In this document: piece by piece, positions 38,217 through 48,564 of the stretch
Layout of the letters: each line of letters begins with the position of its first letter
Numbering within the stretch: the first letter of the stretch is position 1
From: Alphaproteobacteria bacterium
GTDB lineage: Bacteria > Pseudomonadota > Alphaproteobacteria > UBA828
Length of the DNA: 64,000 nt
Assembly (NCBI GenBank): GCA_965237415.1
Contig: CBDEFM010000002.1
Span: 2,368,001 to 2,432,000, forward strand
Reading direction: 5' to 3'
Position numbers and translations under genes: made by a program
Notes under the pieces: model-generated
What the model was told of the DNA's origin: nothing
The model's database searches: none
What the model saw: only the letters and a program-made list of their open reading frames with translations

Positions 38217-39841
38217 ACGGCCCAGGGCGGCCCGCCGCAGCGCGGTTCGCGGCGCTCGCGCGCACGGTCGGCGCTGCGACGGGCTGGCACCGTTCGGCAC
38301 TGGCGGCCGCACTCGGCACCCTCTCGGCAACGGCGCTGCCGCCGGGGCACGCGCTCCCACTGTTGCTGGTCTCGTTCACCGGCTTGGTCTGGTTAATTCA
38401 CGCCAGCCACTCGCCGTGGCGCGCTGCCGTCGCCGGCTGGTGGTTCGGCTTCGCTCATTTTCTCATCGGCCTGTATTGGATCGGCGCCGCGTTTCTGACC
38501 GATCCCTCCCGTTTCGGCTGGCTGATGGCACCGGCGGTAATCGGGCTCTCTGCGTTCTTCGCGCTCTTCCCGGCGCTGGCGGCGTTCGCGGTGCGGCTGA
38601 ACAGATTGCCGATCGCGGGCCGCGTTCTCGCCCTCGCCGTCGCCTGGACCGCCGCAGAGTGGCTGCGCGGCAACATCCTGAGCGGCTTTCCCATGAACCT
38701 GATGGGCACGGTCTGGATGCCGTCGATCGGCATGATCCAGTCCACGGCGCTGTTCGGGGTCTATGGACTCAGCTTCGTGACCGTCCTTGCCGCGGCGGCG
38801 CCTGCGTCATTGGCTGTGCCGCGCGCAGACGAGCGTTCTGGCCGACGGCCCTGGCTGCTGCCCGCCGTCGCGTTCGCGCTGCTGGGGGCAATCTGGGTCG
38901 GCGGGCAGGCGCGCCTCGCGCTGGCGCCCGATCTGGCGCCGACGGAGGTCAACCTGCGCCTGGTGCAGGCCAACGTCGATCAGTCGCGAAAATGGGAGGA
39001 TGGCGCGCGCGAGGCGGCGTTGGCACGGCACGTCGTCCTGTCGCACGAGCCAGGGTTCGACGAGGTCGACATCGTGATCTGGCCGGAGGCGGCGGCAACG
39101 TTCCTCCTGGACGAGAGCAGGACGCTCATGGACTTCGTGTCGCGGGCAGCGCCGCCCGGCGGCCATGTGATTACCGGCGCGCCCCGGCGTACCCGATCGG
39201 CGGGGCGGACGATCGCCTACTGGAACAGCCTCCATGCGCTGACACCGGCGGGCACCATCGTTGCGTCCTACGACAAGCATCATCTGGTGCCGTTCGGGGA
39301 GTACATGCCGCTGCGCGTGATCATCAATTTGCGGGCACTGACCTTCGGCGCGGTCGACAGCTCCTCCGGGCCGGGGCCGCGCACATTGCGGCTGCCGGAC
39401 GTGCCGCCCTTCAGCCCGCTGATCTGCTACGAGGCGATCTTCCCCGGCGAGGTTGTGGCCGACGGCGCGACGCCAAACGAACGGCCGCAATGGCTACTCA
39501 ACGTCACCAACGACGCCTGGTTCGGGCATACGGCCGGGCCCTACCAGCATTTCCAGGCGGCCCGCTTGCGCGCCGTCGAGGAGGGTATGCCGCTCGTTCG
39601 GGCGGCGAACACCGGTATCTCCGCCGTTGTCGACTCGTACGGCCGTGTCGTGGGCCGGCTCGGGCTAGGCGAAGCCGGCGTCCTCGACGCACCGCTGCCG
39701 CCGGCGCTCGAAACACGGACGCCAATGGCCCGGCTGGGGGGCTGGACTCTGGCCATCCTCCTGCTTCTCGCCGCGGCGGTCACGCTCGCCATCGGCGTCC
39801 GGCACCGGTGGGGAGCCAAGCGGCGCGGTCAGGGAGAGTAG
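38213..39841 (+). CDS. lnt: Apolipoprotein N-acyltransferase
   Basis: IWPEAA, YDKHHLVPFGEY, LICYEAIF, TNDAWFG, RAANTGIS. Confidence 0.96.
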   Translation: MNGPGRPAAARFAALARTVGAATGWHRSALAAALGTLSATALPPGHALPLLLVSFTGLVWLIHASHSPWRAAVAGWWFGFAHFLIGLYWIGAAFLTDPSRFGWLMAPAVIGLSAFFALFPALAAFAVRLNRLPIAGRVLALAVAWTAAEWLRGNILSGFPMNLMGTVWMPSIGMIQSTALFGVYGLSFVTVLAAAAPASLAVPRADERSGRRPWLLPAVAFALLGAIWVGGQARLALAPDLAPTEVNLRLVQANVDQSRKWEDGAREAALARHVVLSHEPGFDEVDIVIWPEAAATFLLDESRTLMDFVSRAAPPGGHVITGAPRRTRSAGRTIAYWNSLHALTPAGTIVASYDKHHLVPFGEYMPLRVIINLRALTFGAVDSSSGPGPRTLRLPDVPPFSPLICYEAIFPGEVVADGATPNERPQWLLNVTNDAWFGHTAGPYQHFQAARLRAVEEGMPLVRAANTGISAVVDSYGRVVGRLGLGEAGVLDAPLPPALETRTPMARLGGWTLAILLLLAAAVTLAIGVRHRWGAKRRGQGE

Positions 39842-40683
39842 GTCCAGGGCGGCTGCCCCCCGCTGATCACGGTTGCCAGGATCAACGCGAACACAACCGC
39901 GGCGAAGGCGTCGCCGCGGTCCAGAATACCGCCGTGACCGGGGATGAGACGGCCCGAGTCATCCGCGCCGATGCGCCGCTTGAGCGCCGATTCCGCGAGA
40001 TCGCCCATCTGCCCCACGATCGAGCCGAGCGCGCCGACGGCAATCAGCAGAGCGAGCGAAGGGCGCTCCGCCACCCAACCGGCGAGCGGCATCAGCCAGC
40101 CGAGCAGGATGCTCGCGCCCACCGCCGCTGCCACGCCGCCGAGCGCGCCCGCCCAGGTCTTGGCCGGGCTGATGCGGGGAGCGAGGCGAGGGCCGCCAAA
40201 TGCGCGCCCGGTGGCATAGGCACACGTATCGCTCGCCCAAACCACGGCGAAGAGCCAGAAGATCGTCGCCCGGCCTGCCGGGTCGTCGCCCCGTAGCGCG
40301 AGCGTTGCGATAACGAGGAAGAGAATGAGTCCGGCCCCCGCCAGACCCGTGGCGCGGGTCCGCAGCGGGCCTCGCTCCACAGCCGCAACGACGAGTGCGG
40401 CTGCGGCGACGGCAGCGGCGGCCGCTGCCACCCCAACCATGGCGAAGAGCCCGCAGGCCGCAGCCAGGCCCGCGATACCGGCCACGCCCGCGGCATCGAC
40501 GGCCGGCTTGGCGAGAAGCCGCCGCAATTCGAGCCAGGCGAAGAGAGCCGCCACCCCCACTGCAGCGATGAAGACCGGCCCACCGAGATAGGCGGCGCCC
40601 AGCGCGGCGGGCGTGAGGACGGCCGCCGAGGCCGCGCGCAGGCCGAGACCGCCTCCGCCGCTGCCCGTCCGCTGGCCCGTCAT
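39829..40683 (-). CDS. cdsA: Phosphatidate cytidylyltransferase
   Basis: WASDTCAY, ISPAKTWAG, GDLAESALKR...PGHGGILDRGD. Confidence 0.92.
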   Translation of the reverse strand: MTGQRTGSGGGGLGLRAASAAVLTPAALGAAYLGGPVFIAAVGVAALFAWLELRRLLAKPAVDAAGVAGIAGLAAACGLFAMVGVAAAAAAVAAAALVVAAVERGPLRTRATGLAGAGLILFLVIATLALRGDDPAGRATIFWLFAVVWASDTCAYATGRAFGGPRLAPRISPAKTWAGALGGVAAAVGASILLGWLMPLAGWVAERPSLALLIAVGALGSIVGQMGDLAESALKRRIGADDSGRLIPGHGGILDRGDAFAAVVFALILATVISGGQPPWTYSP

Positions 40684-40946
40684 GCCCGATCCTGCCACAT
40701 CAATGCCACAATCGACCGCTAGATCAGAATACGGGTGACGGTGAAGCGCTTTGTCCCTCCCGCTGTCACCCACACGACCGGTCGATCCTCCAGCTGGGGC
40801 GGTCCTCGAGACCGCCCCAGTTTCTTGTCGGCATCGGCTGCCCGCGCTTCTTCCGCCGACCGCCTCGTCCCTACCCGCGCGTGCCGTTCCGGTACAGCGG
40901 GCGATGGGATAGCATGACGCCCGACTGCCGACCACGGGACAACGCC

Positions 40947-41381
40947 ATGCCGATCACGCCAATTCACCATATCCCTCTCAAGCCGGAATACCGCAGCCCC
41001 TTCAGCGCTGCCTTCGCGGTCGAGAACGCCCGGCTGCTGCTGTTCTCGGGCTGCGGTCCGATTCCGATCTACCACGGACACCCGCACGATCCGATGGCCG
41101 AGGCCGAGTGGCTGGCTGGCGGTATGCGCGAGCAGACCGAGAAGACCTTCGCAAACATCGGCACCATCCTGGAGGCAACGGGGGCGGACTTCTCCCAGAT
41201 CGTCAAGCTCAACATCTATCTCACCGACATGTCGGGGCAGAATGTCGTGAACGAGATCTCCGCCCGTCATTTCGACCCTGCGAACCCGCCGCCGCGGACG
41301 CTCGTCGGCGTGACCGAGCTCGCGCATCCCGGAATGCTGATCGAGATCGAGGGCATAGTGGCGACGCCGCTCGGCGCCTGA
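40947..41381 (+). CDS. Rid (RidA/YjgF) family protein
   Basis: QIVKLNIYLTDM, PPPRTLVGVTELAHPGMLIEIE. Confidence 0.9.
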   Translation: MPITPIHHIPLKPEYRSPFSAAFAVENARLLLFSGCGPIPIYHGHPHDPMAEAEWLAGGMREQTEKTFANIGTILEATGADFSQIVKLNIYLTDMSGQNVVNEISARHFDPANPPPRTLVGVTELAHPGMLIEIEGIVATPLGA

Positions 41382-41499
41382 GCGGCCCTCCGGCCGTTTG
41401 ATCGGGTCTGCGGGCGGCGGCACAATTAGCAACAAGAAGAAATAGCATCGGCGGAAGACGCGCTCCGTTCGGTGGGCGGACGGAGAACGGGAGGCGGTC

Positions 41500-42576
41500 A
41501 TGCAGAACGGAGCAGTGAGAGTGCTCGTGGTGGGCGTCGGCAACATGGGGCTCAGCCACGCGCTCGCATACGAGAAGATCGATGGCTTCGAGCTCGTCGG
41601 GCTGTGCAGCCGGAGCATCCGCGGACGCAACGACCTGCCCGCCGAACTCGCGTCTCTGCCACGCTACGAGAACGTCGACGAGGCGATTGCCGAGTCCCGC
41701 CCCGACGCGGTCTCGATCAACACCTACCCGAACACCCACGAGGAGCTCTGCCTCAAGGCCTTCGACGCCGGCTGTCACGTCTTCGTCGAGAAGCCGCTGG
41801 CCACCACCGTGGCCGGCGCCCAGGCGGTGGTGGACAAGGCGCGCGAGGCCGGCAAGAAGCTGGTCGTCGGCTACATCCTGCGCGTGCACCCGGCCTGGCA
41901 GGAGTTCATTCAGCGCGCCCGCACGCTGGGCAAGCCGCTGGTCATGCGCATGAACCTCAATCAGCAGAGCCGGGGGCCGGCCTGGAATTGGCACCGCAAC
42001 CTCATGGATTCGCTGACGCCGATCGTCGATTGCGGGGTCCACTACGTGGACGTCATGTGCCAGATGACCGGCGCGAAGCCGGTCCGCGTGCATGGCATCG
42101 GCGCCCAGCTCTCCGACCAGACCAAGCGGCAGAACTACGGCCACCTCCATGTCGAGTTCGACGACGGCTCCGTGGGCTGGTACGAGGCCGGCTGGGGCCC
42201 GATGATGAGCGAGGTCGCGTTCTTCGTGAAGGACGTGGTCGGGCCCAAGGGCTGCGTCAGCATCGTCATGCCGCAGGAGGGGCAGGATCACGCCGCCTCC
42301 GACGATATCGACTCGCACACCAAGACGAACGCGCTGCTCTGCCATTCGAGCGAGATCGACGAGGCCAACAACTTCGTGCACGAGGATGAGTGGGTCGACA
42401 TGGCCGACGAACCGACCCATCAGGAGCTGTGCGACCGGGAGCAGGCGTTCCTGCTCAAGGCGATCCGCGAGGACCTCGACCTTTCCGAGCACATGGAGAG
42501 CGCGGTCAACAGCCTGCGCATCGTTATCGCCGCCGATGAGAGCATCAAGCGGCGTGAGGTCGTGCATCTCGGCTGA
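41500..42576 (+). CDS. Gfo/Idh/MocA oxidoreductase
   Basis: VVGVGNMG, HVFVEKPLA, DCGVHYVD. Confidence 0.92.
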   Translation: MQNGAVRVLVVGVGNMGLSHALAYEKIDGFELVGLCSRSIRGRNDLPAELASLPRYENVDEAIAESRPDAVSINTYPNTHEELCLKAFDAGCHVFVEKPLATTVAGAQAVVDKAREAGKKLVVGYILRVHPAWQEFIQRARTLGKPLVMRMNLNQQSRGPAWNWHRNLMDSLTPIVDCGVHYVDVMCQMTGAKPVRVHGIGAQLSDQTKRQNYGHLHVEFDDGSVGWYEAGWGPMMSEVAFFVKDVVGPKGCVSIVMPQEGQDHAASDDIDSHTKTNALLCHSSEIDEANNFVHEDEWVDMADEPTHQELCDREQAFLLKAIREDLDLSEHMESAVNSLRIVIAADESIKRREVVHLG

Positions 42577-42630
42577 GGGCGCGCATCGTCGCGGCCGGGG
42601 GCACGAGAAGAGTCCTAGGAGGGGCAAGTC

Positions 42631-44058
42631 ATGGCAACGGCGGATCTCGAGCTTTGCTATCTGACGGCGAGCGAGGCGTTGGGGCGGTTCAAGGCGCGCA
42701 CGCTCTCGCCGGTCGAGCTGTTGGACGCGCAAATCGCGCGTGCGCGGGCGATCAACCCCAAGGTCAACGCCATCACTTACGATTTTTTCGACCGGGCGCG
42801 TGAGCAGGCGAAGAAGGCCGAGGCCAAGTACGGGCAAACCGACGGTCGCGTACGGGCACTCGAAGGCGTGCCGGTGGCGATCAAGGACTTTCACCCGGTC
42901 AAGGGCGAAATCACGACCTTCGGCTCCAAGATCTTCGAGGACTTTCGGCCGGACTACACCGCGCCGACGGTCGACCGGCTGTTGCGCGCCGGCGCCATCA
43001 TGCACATGCGCACCACGTCCCCCGAATTCGCATACTCCGGTGCCACCCATAGCCCGCTCTGGGGGATCACGCCCAACCCGTGGAACCTGGAGTACACCTC
43101 CGGCGGCTCCTCCGGCGGCGCGGGCGCGGCGGCGGCCGGCGGTATGACCACGCTCGCCGACGGGACCGACGGCGGCGGCTCGATCCGTATCCCGGCGTCG
43201 GCCTGCGGCCTCTTCGGCTACAAACCGCCTTACGGTCGCAATCCGCTGGATCGCGACCATCCCTTCGAGACGATCCTGCATTACGGTCCCATAGTCCGCA
43301 GCGTCGCCGATGCCGCGCTGATGCAGAACGTCATGTCCGGCCCGCACCCGGAGGATCTCAGCTCCCTGCCAGGGAGGGTCCGGCTGCCTTCGACCTACGA
43401 CGACATTCGGGGCTGGAAGGTCGCTTTAAGCATGGACCTCGGCTACCTCCAGATCGACCCGGAGGTGCAGGAGAACACGCGGCGCGCGGCCGACACATTC
43501 CGCGCCCTCGGTTGCGAGGTCGAAGAGGTCGATCTCGGCTGGAATTTCGGCGTCCTCGACTGCTGGATGACGTGGTGGGAAGGCCTTTTCGCCGGCATCG
43601 CCGGCGAGTTCCTGCCTCGCTGGCAGTATGAGATGGACCCATTCGTCGTGAGACTGCTGGAGAAGGGGATGAGCCACAGCGCCGCCCGCCTCTACCAGTG
43701 CTACAGCTTCCGCGGCTGGATGTGGCAGCAGCTGCAGCCGATCCTCAAGTCCCACGACATTTTGATCTGCCCGACGCTCGCAGTGCCGGCGGTGAAGGCC
43801 GATCACGACGACGCGGACCCCGATTTCGAGATCAACGGGGTCCGCCTTCCCGCCTATGTCGGCTGGGTCTGCACCAACCCCTTCAATCTGCTCAGCCAGT
43901 GCCCGGTGATGAGCGTGCCGACCGGCTTCTCCTCCTACGGCGTACCGACCGGCATGCAGATCGTGGGCCGGCCCTACGACGATCACGCCGTGTTCCGCGC
44001 GTCCGCCGCCTTCGAGGGCGCGACGACACCCTGGCGCGACAAGCGGCCTGCGATCTAG
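42631..44058 (+). CDS. Amidase signature family protein
   Basis: GVPVAIKD, SGGSSGGAG, GTDGGGSIRIPAS. Confidence 0.95.
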   Translation: MATADLELCYLTASEALGRFKARTLSPVELLDAQIARARAINPKVNAITYDFFDRAREQAKKAEAKYGQTDGRVRALEGVPVAIKDFHPVKGEITTFGSKIFEDFRPDYTAPTVDRLLRAGAIMHMRTTSPEFAYSGATHSPLWGITPNPWNLEYTSGGSSGGAGAAAAGGMTTLADGTDGGGSIRIPASACGLFGYKPPYGRNPLDRDHPFETILHYGPIVRSVADAALMQNVMSGPHPEDLSSLPGRVRLPSTYDDIRGWKVALSMDLGYLQIDPEVQENTRRAADTFRALGCEVEEVDLGWNFGVLDCWMTWWEGLFAGIAGEFLPRWQYEMDPFVVRLLEKGMSHSAARLYQCYSFRGWMWQQLQPILKSHDILICPTLAVPAVKADHDDADPDFEINGVRLPAYVGWVCTNPFNLLSQCPVMSVPTGFSSYGVPTGMQIVGRPYDDHAVFRASAAFEGATTPWRDKRPAI

Positions 44059-44096
44059 GGCTATAACGCCATGTGCCACGCCCAAAGGAGTCCGCA

Positions 44097-44726
44097 ATGA
44101 AACTCTACAGTTGGGGCGCCGCGCCCAATCCGCGCCGGGTGTTGATCTATTTGGCCGAGAAGGGCATCGAGCTTGAGGTGGTGGAGGCGGGCGAGGGCGC
44201 GCATCTCACCGACCACTATCTCGCCCGCTACGACGGGCGCATCGTACCGATGCTGGAGCTCGACGACGGCACGCAGATCGGCGAGGCGATGGCGATCTGC
44301 CGCTACCTCGAAGACGGGTACCCCGCGCCGCCGCTCTTCGGCGTGAACCGGCGGGACCGCGCCCTCGTCGAGATGTGGGAACGCCGCGCCGAGACCGAGG
44401 CCTTCGCCGGCTTGGCGGAGGTGTTTCGCAATTCGACCCCCGCCTTCGCCGGCCGGGGCCTGCCGGGCTTCGAGGAGCCGATCGAGCAGATTCCGGCCCT
44501 GATCGAGCGTGGCAAGAAGCGGCTCGCCCGCTTCTACGGACGCATCGAGCGCCAGCTTGCGGACAACCGCTTCATCGCGGGCCCACGCTTCAGCGTCGCC
44601 GACATCACCGCATTCTGCGCCGTTGAGTTTGCGACCAAGGCCGCCAAGGTCGGGCTGCCGGAGGATCACACCAACGCCCGGCGCTGGCACGCCGAGGTCT
44701 CCGCCCGCCCGAGCATCGCCGGCTAG
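44097..44726 (+). CDS. Glutathione S-transferase family protein
   Basis: APNPRRVLIYLAEKGI, VPMLELDDG, FSVADIT. Confidence 0.92.
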   Translation: MKLYSWGAAPNPRRVLIYLAEKGIELEVVEAGEGAHLTDHYLARYDGRIVPMLELDDGTQIGEAMAICRYLEDGYPAPPLFGVNRRDRALVEMWERRAETEAFAGLAEVFRNSTPAFAGRGLPGFEEPIEQIPALIERGKKRLARFYGRIERQLADNRFIAGPRFSVADITAFCAVEFATKAAKVGLPEDHTNARRWHAEVSARPSIAG

Positions 44727-44772
44727 CGCCCGGCCCGCCGGCGGCTCCCACCCGCGGAACCGGAGACGGTGC

Positions 44773-44810
44773 TTGTGGCTGCTGCCTGACGTAGCTACAA
44801 TAGGCCTACA
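44773..44810 (+). promoter_or_regulatory. Promoter/operator of the toxin-antitoxin operon
   Basis: TTGTGG-N17-TACAAT overlapped by palindromic gtagctac...cctac. Confidence 0.6.
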
Positions 44811-44827
44811 TCTAAGGAGCGACACAG

Positions 44828-45085
44828 ATGAGCGCCGATAGCGTCGTACGGGCGCGGATCGACAGCGATACCAAGGCGCGGGCCACGGAGGCTCTTCATG
44901 ATATGGGGCTGACGGTGTCCGATGCGATCCGCTTGATGTTGCTGAGGGTGGCCGACGAGAAGCGGCTGCCATTCGCGGTACAGGTGCCCAACGCCACCAC
45001 CGTCAAGGCCATGAGGGAGCTGGAGGAGGGCAAGGGAAAGCGCTTCGCCGACACGGACGAGCTGTTCGAGGACATCGGCGTCTGA
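44828..45085 (+). CDS. dinJ: DinJ/RelB antitoxin
   Basis: VRARID...GLTVSDAIRL...LPFAVQVPNATT. Confidence 0.9.
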   Translation: MSADSVVRARIDSDTKARATEALHDMGLTVSDAIRLMLLRVADEKRLPFAVQVPNATTVKAMRELEEGKGKRFADTDELFEDIGV

Positions 45086-45086
45086 C

Positions 45087-45359
45087 GTGCTGATCCCGGT
45101 CCGGTCCACGCAATTCAAGCGGGACGTGAGGAGAGCGCAAAGGCGCGACAAGGACCTGACCAAGCTTCGACCCCCGTTGACGGCGTTGATCCGGCAACAG
45201 TCCTTGCCCGCCCGCTATCGCGATCACCCGCTGCGAGGGGGTTGGCAGGGTTATCGGGAAATTCACATCGAGCCGGACTGGCTGCTGATTTACTGTGTCA
45301 GGGGAGATGAGTTGCGGCTGGTCCGCACAGGCTCGCACGCCGACCTCTTCAACAAGTAG
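45087..45359 (+). CDS. yafQ: YafQ mRNA interferase toxin
   Basis: QFKRD, YRDHPLRG, EIHIEPDWLLIY, RTGSHADLF. Confidence 0.92.
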   Translation: MLIPVRSTQFKRDVRRAQRRDKDLTKLRPPLTALIRQQSLPARYRDHPLRGGWQGYREIHIEPDWLLIYCVRGDELRLVRTGSHADLFNK

Positions 45360-45416
45360 CATCGTTGGCCGGGCCCGCTGCTTGCCGCGCGTCGGGGCAC
45401 ATCTTAGACTCGTTCC

Positions 45417-45665
45417 ATGGGACAGGGCGGTGAGAAGGACGGCGAGGCGCAGACCTTCGAGAGCGCGATGCGCGAGCTCGAAGGAATCGTGCACGAGCTG
45501 GAGGCGGGAGACACCGGACTCGAAGCGGCCATCGCGGCCTATGAGCGCGGGGTCAAGCTAAAGAAATTTTGCGAAGACAAGCTCAAGCAGGCCGAGCTCC
45601 GGGTCGAGAAGATCGACGGCGATGCGGACGGCGCCGTTCGGACCGAGCCGTTCGAGACCGGCTGA
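45417..45665 (+). CDS. xseB: Exodeoxyribonuclease VII small subunit
   Basis: TFESAMRELEGIVHELE...YERGVKL...AELRVEKI. Confidence 0.93.
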   Translation: MGQGGEKDGEAQTFESAMRELEGIVHELEAGDTGLEAAIAAYERGVKLKKFCEDKLKQAELRVEKIDGDADGAVRTEPFETG

Positions 45666-45674
45666 GGGCGCCGG

Positions 45675-46562
45675 GTGACGCCGCTGGAGGATACGCTCCG
45701 CGAGTCCGCGGAGGCCGTGGACGCAGCGCTTGAGTCACTGGTCCCCGCGCCCGACGGCGCCGACGGGCGGCTCTTCGAGGCGATGCGTTATTCCCTCTTC
45801 GCGGGCGGCAAGCGGCTCAGGCCCTTCCTGGTGCTCTCGGGTGCCGACCTCTTCAATGTGCCGCGCGCCTGGACAGTCAACACCGCCGCCGCCATCGAGA
45901 TGGTGCACACCTATTCCCTGGTTCACGACGACCTGCCGGCGATGGATGACGACGACCTCCGCCGCGGCAAGCCGACCTGCCATGTCGCCTTCGACGAGGC
46001 GACGGCGATCCTGGTCGGCGATTCCCTCCTCACCCTTGCCTTCGAGGCGGTGACGGCGCCGGAGGGGCACCCGGACCCTGCGGTGCGCGCCGAGCTCGCC
46101 TGCGTGCTGGCGCGGGCCGCCGGTGGCGAAGGGATGGCCGGCGGCCAGGCCATCGACCTCGCGGCGGAGACCCGGCAGCTCACCCTCGACGAAGTGATCC
46201 AGCTGCAGCGGCTCAAGACCGGTGCGCTGTTCAACTTCTCCTGCGAGGCCGGCGCCATCCTCGCGCAGGAAGACGGCGCCGCCAGGGCGGCGCTCCGCGA
46301 CTACGCCGCCTGCATCGGGCTTGCGTTCCAGATCGCCGACGACCTGCTCGATCATGAAGGCTCGGAGGCCGATCTCGGCAAGGCTGTGGGCAAGGACGCC
46401 GCGGCCGGCAAGGCGACATTCGTGGGTCTGCTGGGTGCGGAGGAAACGCGGCGACGGGCCGAGGCGCTGGTGGATGACGCCATCGCGGCGCTCGGCGTCT
46501 TCGACGAGAAGGCGAAGCCCCTTCGCGCCGTCGCCCGCTATATCGTGGAGCGGCGCCACTGA
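45675..46562 (+). CDS. ispA: Farnesyl diphosphate synthase
   Basis: GGKRLRP, HDDLPAMDDDDLRRG, FQIADDLLD. Confidence 0.95.
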   Translation: MTPLEDTLRESAEAVDAALESLVPAPDGADGRLFEAMRYSLFAGGKRLRPFLVLSGADLFNVPRAWTVNTAAAIEMVHTYSLVHDDLPAMDDDDLRRGKPTCHVAFDEATAILVGDSLLTLAFEAVTAPEGHPDPAVRAELACVLARAAGGEGMAGGQAIDLAAETRQLTLDEVIQLQRLKTGALFNFSCEAGAILAQEDGAARAALRDYAACIGLAFQIADDLLDHEGSEADLGKAVGKDAAAGKATFVGLLGAEETRRRAEALVDDAIAALGVFDEKAKPLRAVARYIVERRH

Positions 46563-47347
46563 GCCGCCATCCTGCGCAGGGCGCAACTCGCGCGCCGACC
46601 CGCCGCCCGCCAGGCAAGGAACGGCTCGACACCCTGCTCGTGGCGCGCGGCCTCGCCGAGACCAGGGCCAAGGCGCAGGCGCTGCTGCTGGCCGGCCGGG
46701 TGTTCTCCGGCGAACGCCGGCTCGACAAGGCGGGCATGCAGGTCGATCGCGACGTTGCGCTCACGGTGCGCGGCGCGGAGCACCCCTGGGTCTCGCGCGG
46801 CGGCCAAAAACTCGACCACGCGTTGACGCACTTCGGGATCGACCCGCAGGGCCTCGCTGCACTCGATGTCGGCGCGTCCACCGGCGGCTTCACCCATGTG
46901 TTGTGCGAACGCGGCGCGCGGCAGATCTATGCGGTCGATGTCGGCTACGGCCAGCTTGATGCGCGGCTGCGAAACGACCCTCGCGTAATCGTGCTGGAGC
47001 GGACCAACGCGCGTTATCTGACGAGCGCAGAGGTGCCGGAGCCGGTCGACCTCATCGTCTGCGACGCGAGCTTCATCGGCCTCCGCACGGTTCTGCCGGC
47101 GCCGCTCGCGCTCGCCGCGTCGGGCGCCCGGCTTATCGCCCTCATCAAGCCGCAGTTCGAGGCCGGGCGCGCCCGCGTGGGCAAGGGAGGCATCGTCCGC
47201 GACCCCGCCGTCCACGACGAGGTCTGCGCGACGATCCGCGATTGGCTTACAGCAGGAGGCTGGCCGGTGACGGGCCTCGTCGAAAGCCCCATCAAGGGCC
47301 GCGACGGCAACACCGAGTTTCTGATCGCCGCGCGACGCGGGCCGTGA
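46559..47347 (+). CDS. tlyA: TlyA family rRNA methyltransferase (start uncertain)
   Basis: ERLDTLLVARGL, VSRGGQKL, DVGASTGGFT, LIKPQFE, GNTEF. Confidence 0.9.
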   Translation: MSRHPAQGATRAPTRRPPGKERLDTLLVARGLAETRAKAQALLLAGRVFSGERRLDKAGMQVDRDVALTVRGAEHPWVSRGGQKLDHALTHFGIDPQGLAALDVGASTGGFTHVLCERGARQIYAVDVGYGQLDARLRNDPRVIVLERTNARYLTSAEVPEPVDLIVCDASFIGLRTVLPAPLALAASGARLIALIKPQFEAGRARVGKGGIVRDPAVHDEVCATIRDWLTAGGWPVTGLVESPIKGRDGNTEFLIAARRGP

Positions 47348-47413
47348 CCGTGGTGAGAAGTGCGGGTTAACCCGAAACTCGACAGCACGCTCGTCGGAGG
47401 CAAGCGGTCGAGA

Positions 47414-47899
47414 TCAAGACTTAAGTGCCAGGTCGGCGGGTGAGATCAATACGCCAAACTGGACGCACCAGATGACGACGCTCGGATAGTCTTTCAGGTC
47501 GACGCCTTTGGGAATGGGGTATTTCTGACTCCCCTCGAACGCGCGCAACTTGCCGAGATCGATATACATCGTTCCCTTGACATCCGAGGATTCGCGGATT
47601 TGTTCGTGGGGTACGAGATAGACGCGAAACGCGGGCCCCGGCCCAACTTTGAAGTCCTCTTCGAGGAACACTAAATCTTCGTAAACGGTCACGTTTCCCT
47701 CTCCGTAATGGATGGGATCGGAGGGGTTCGCGTGAATGAACATTCCCTGCGCGACGACGTCCGTTTGCTCCTCGGCGGTGAGGGTTTCCATCGCGGGCGG
47801 CGGTGGAAACACGTAAGGAAAGATGAAGAAGCCGACGGCCACGCCGAAGGCCGTTCCCATAACCCCGCCAACGAAGAATGCAATAATCCATTTCCGCAT
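47414..47899 (-). CDS. DM13 domain protein
   Basis: N-terminal TM, GPGPAFRVYL, LGKLRAFEGSQKY, VVIWC. Confidence 0.85.
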   Translation of the reverse strand: MRKWIIAFFVGGVMGTAFGVAVGFFIFPYVFPPPPAMETLTAEEQTDVVAQGMFIHANPSDPIHYGEGNVTVYEDLVFLEEDFKVGPGPAFRVYLVPHEQIRESSDVKGTMYIDLGKLRAFEGSQKYPIPKGVDLKDYPSVVIWCVQFGVLISPADLALKS

Positions 47900-48237
47900 C
47901 GCCACCTCCTTCAGCTCTACTGGCCGCAACCCTGCCCATTTTAGCCGCAATGCAAGACCACAAAAAAAAGGAATGGAACGCGCATACTTTGCAAACAGAA
48001 CGGACTCAGACGATAAATCCGAATCGAACTAATTACCTTCAATATAGAGAGTAGTTCCGTCGCTCTGCCCTTTCAAGGGGTGACGGCTGACGTTGTTGAA
48101 ATCCCTGAACGGAGCGTCGTCGCGGAAGGCTCATGGTCCTGTGCCGACCGTAGCCACCTCCGATCTGCCCCTACGCTTGGGCTGGGGCGGGCGATCCGGC
48201 CAAAGCAGGCTCCGAACGTCGATTTCCATCACTTGAT

Positions 48238-48485
48238 CCGGACCATGGTGCGATGCACGGGGCGCGGCCCCTGCACCAGGATCGCGCCATGCGGCGCGAG
48301 GACGAACGGGGCACGGCATGTGGAATGAGCAGGCGCGGGCGCACCGGTCCCGCGCGCACGACGTTGCGCGACTCTCGTGTGGCCGTTCAGGCACGGCTAA
48401 CCCAGGTACGCGCGACCCGCGCCACGCGCCGCCGGTCGTCTCGCGGAATCCCACTTATCCCACTTAATCCCGGCAAATCCCGCAC
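48238..48485 (+). repeat. Dispersed repeat element, copy 2
   Basis: Head 44/54 identical to the reverse complement of 11527-11580; tail aatcccacttatcccacttaatcccggcaaatcccgc. Confidence 0.65.
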
Positions 48486-48564
48486 AAAAAAGTGCGTGAT
48501 TATCCCCTTGACGTACGTTTCCTGCTGAGACACGATCCCCCCCTTACTGAGGGAGGGCCCGGGT

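Noticed and set aside
44828-45359. dinJ-yafQ as a novel system
   Set aside because: An ordinary, well-described type II toxin-antitoxin pair.
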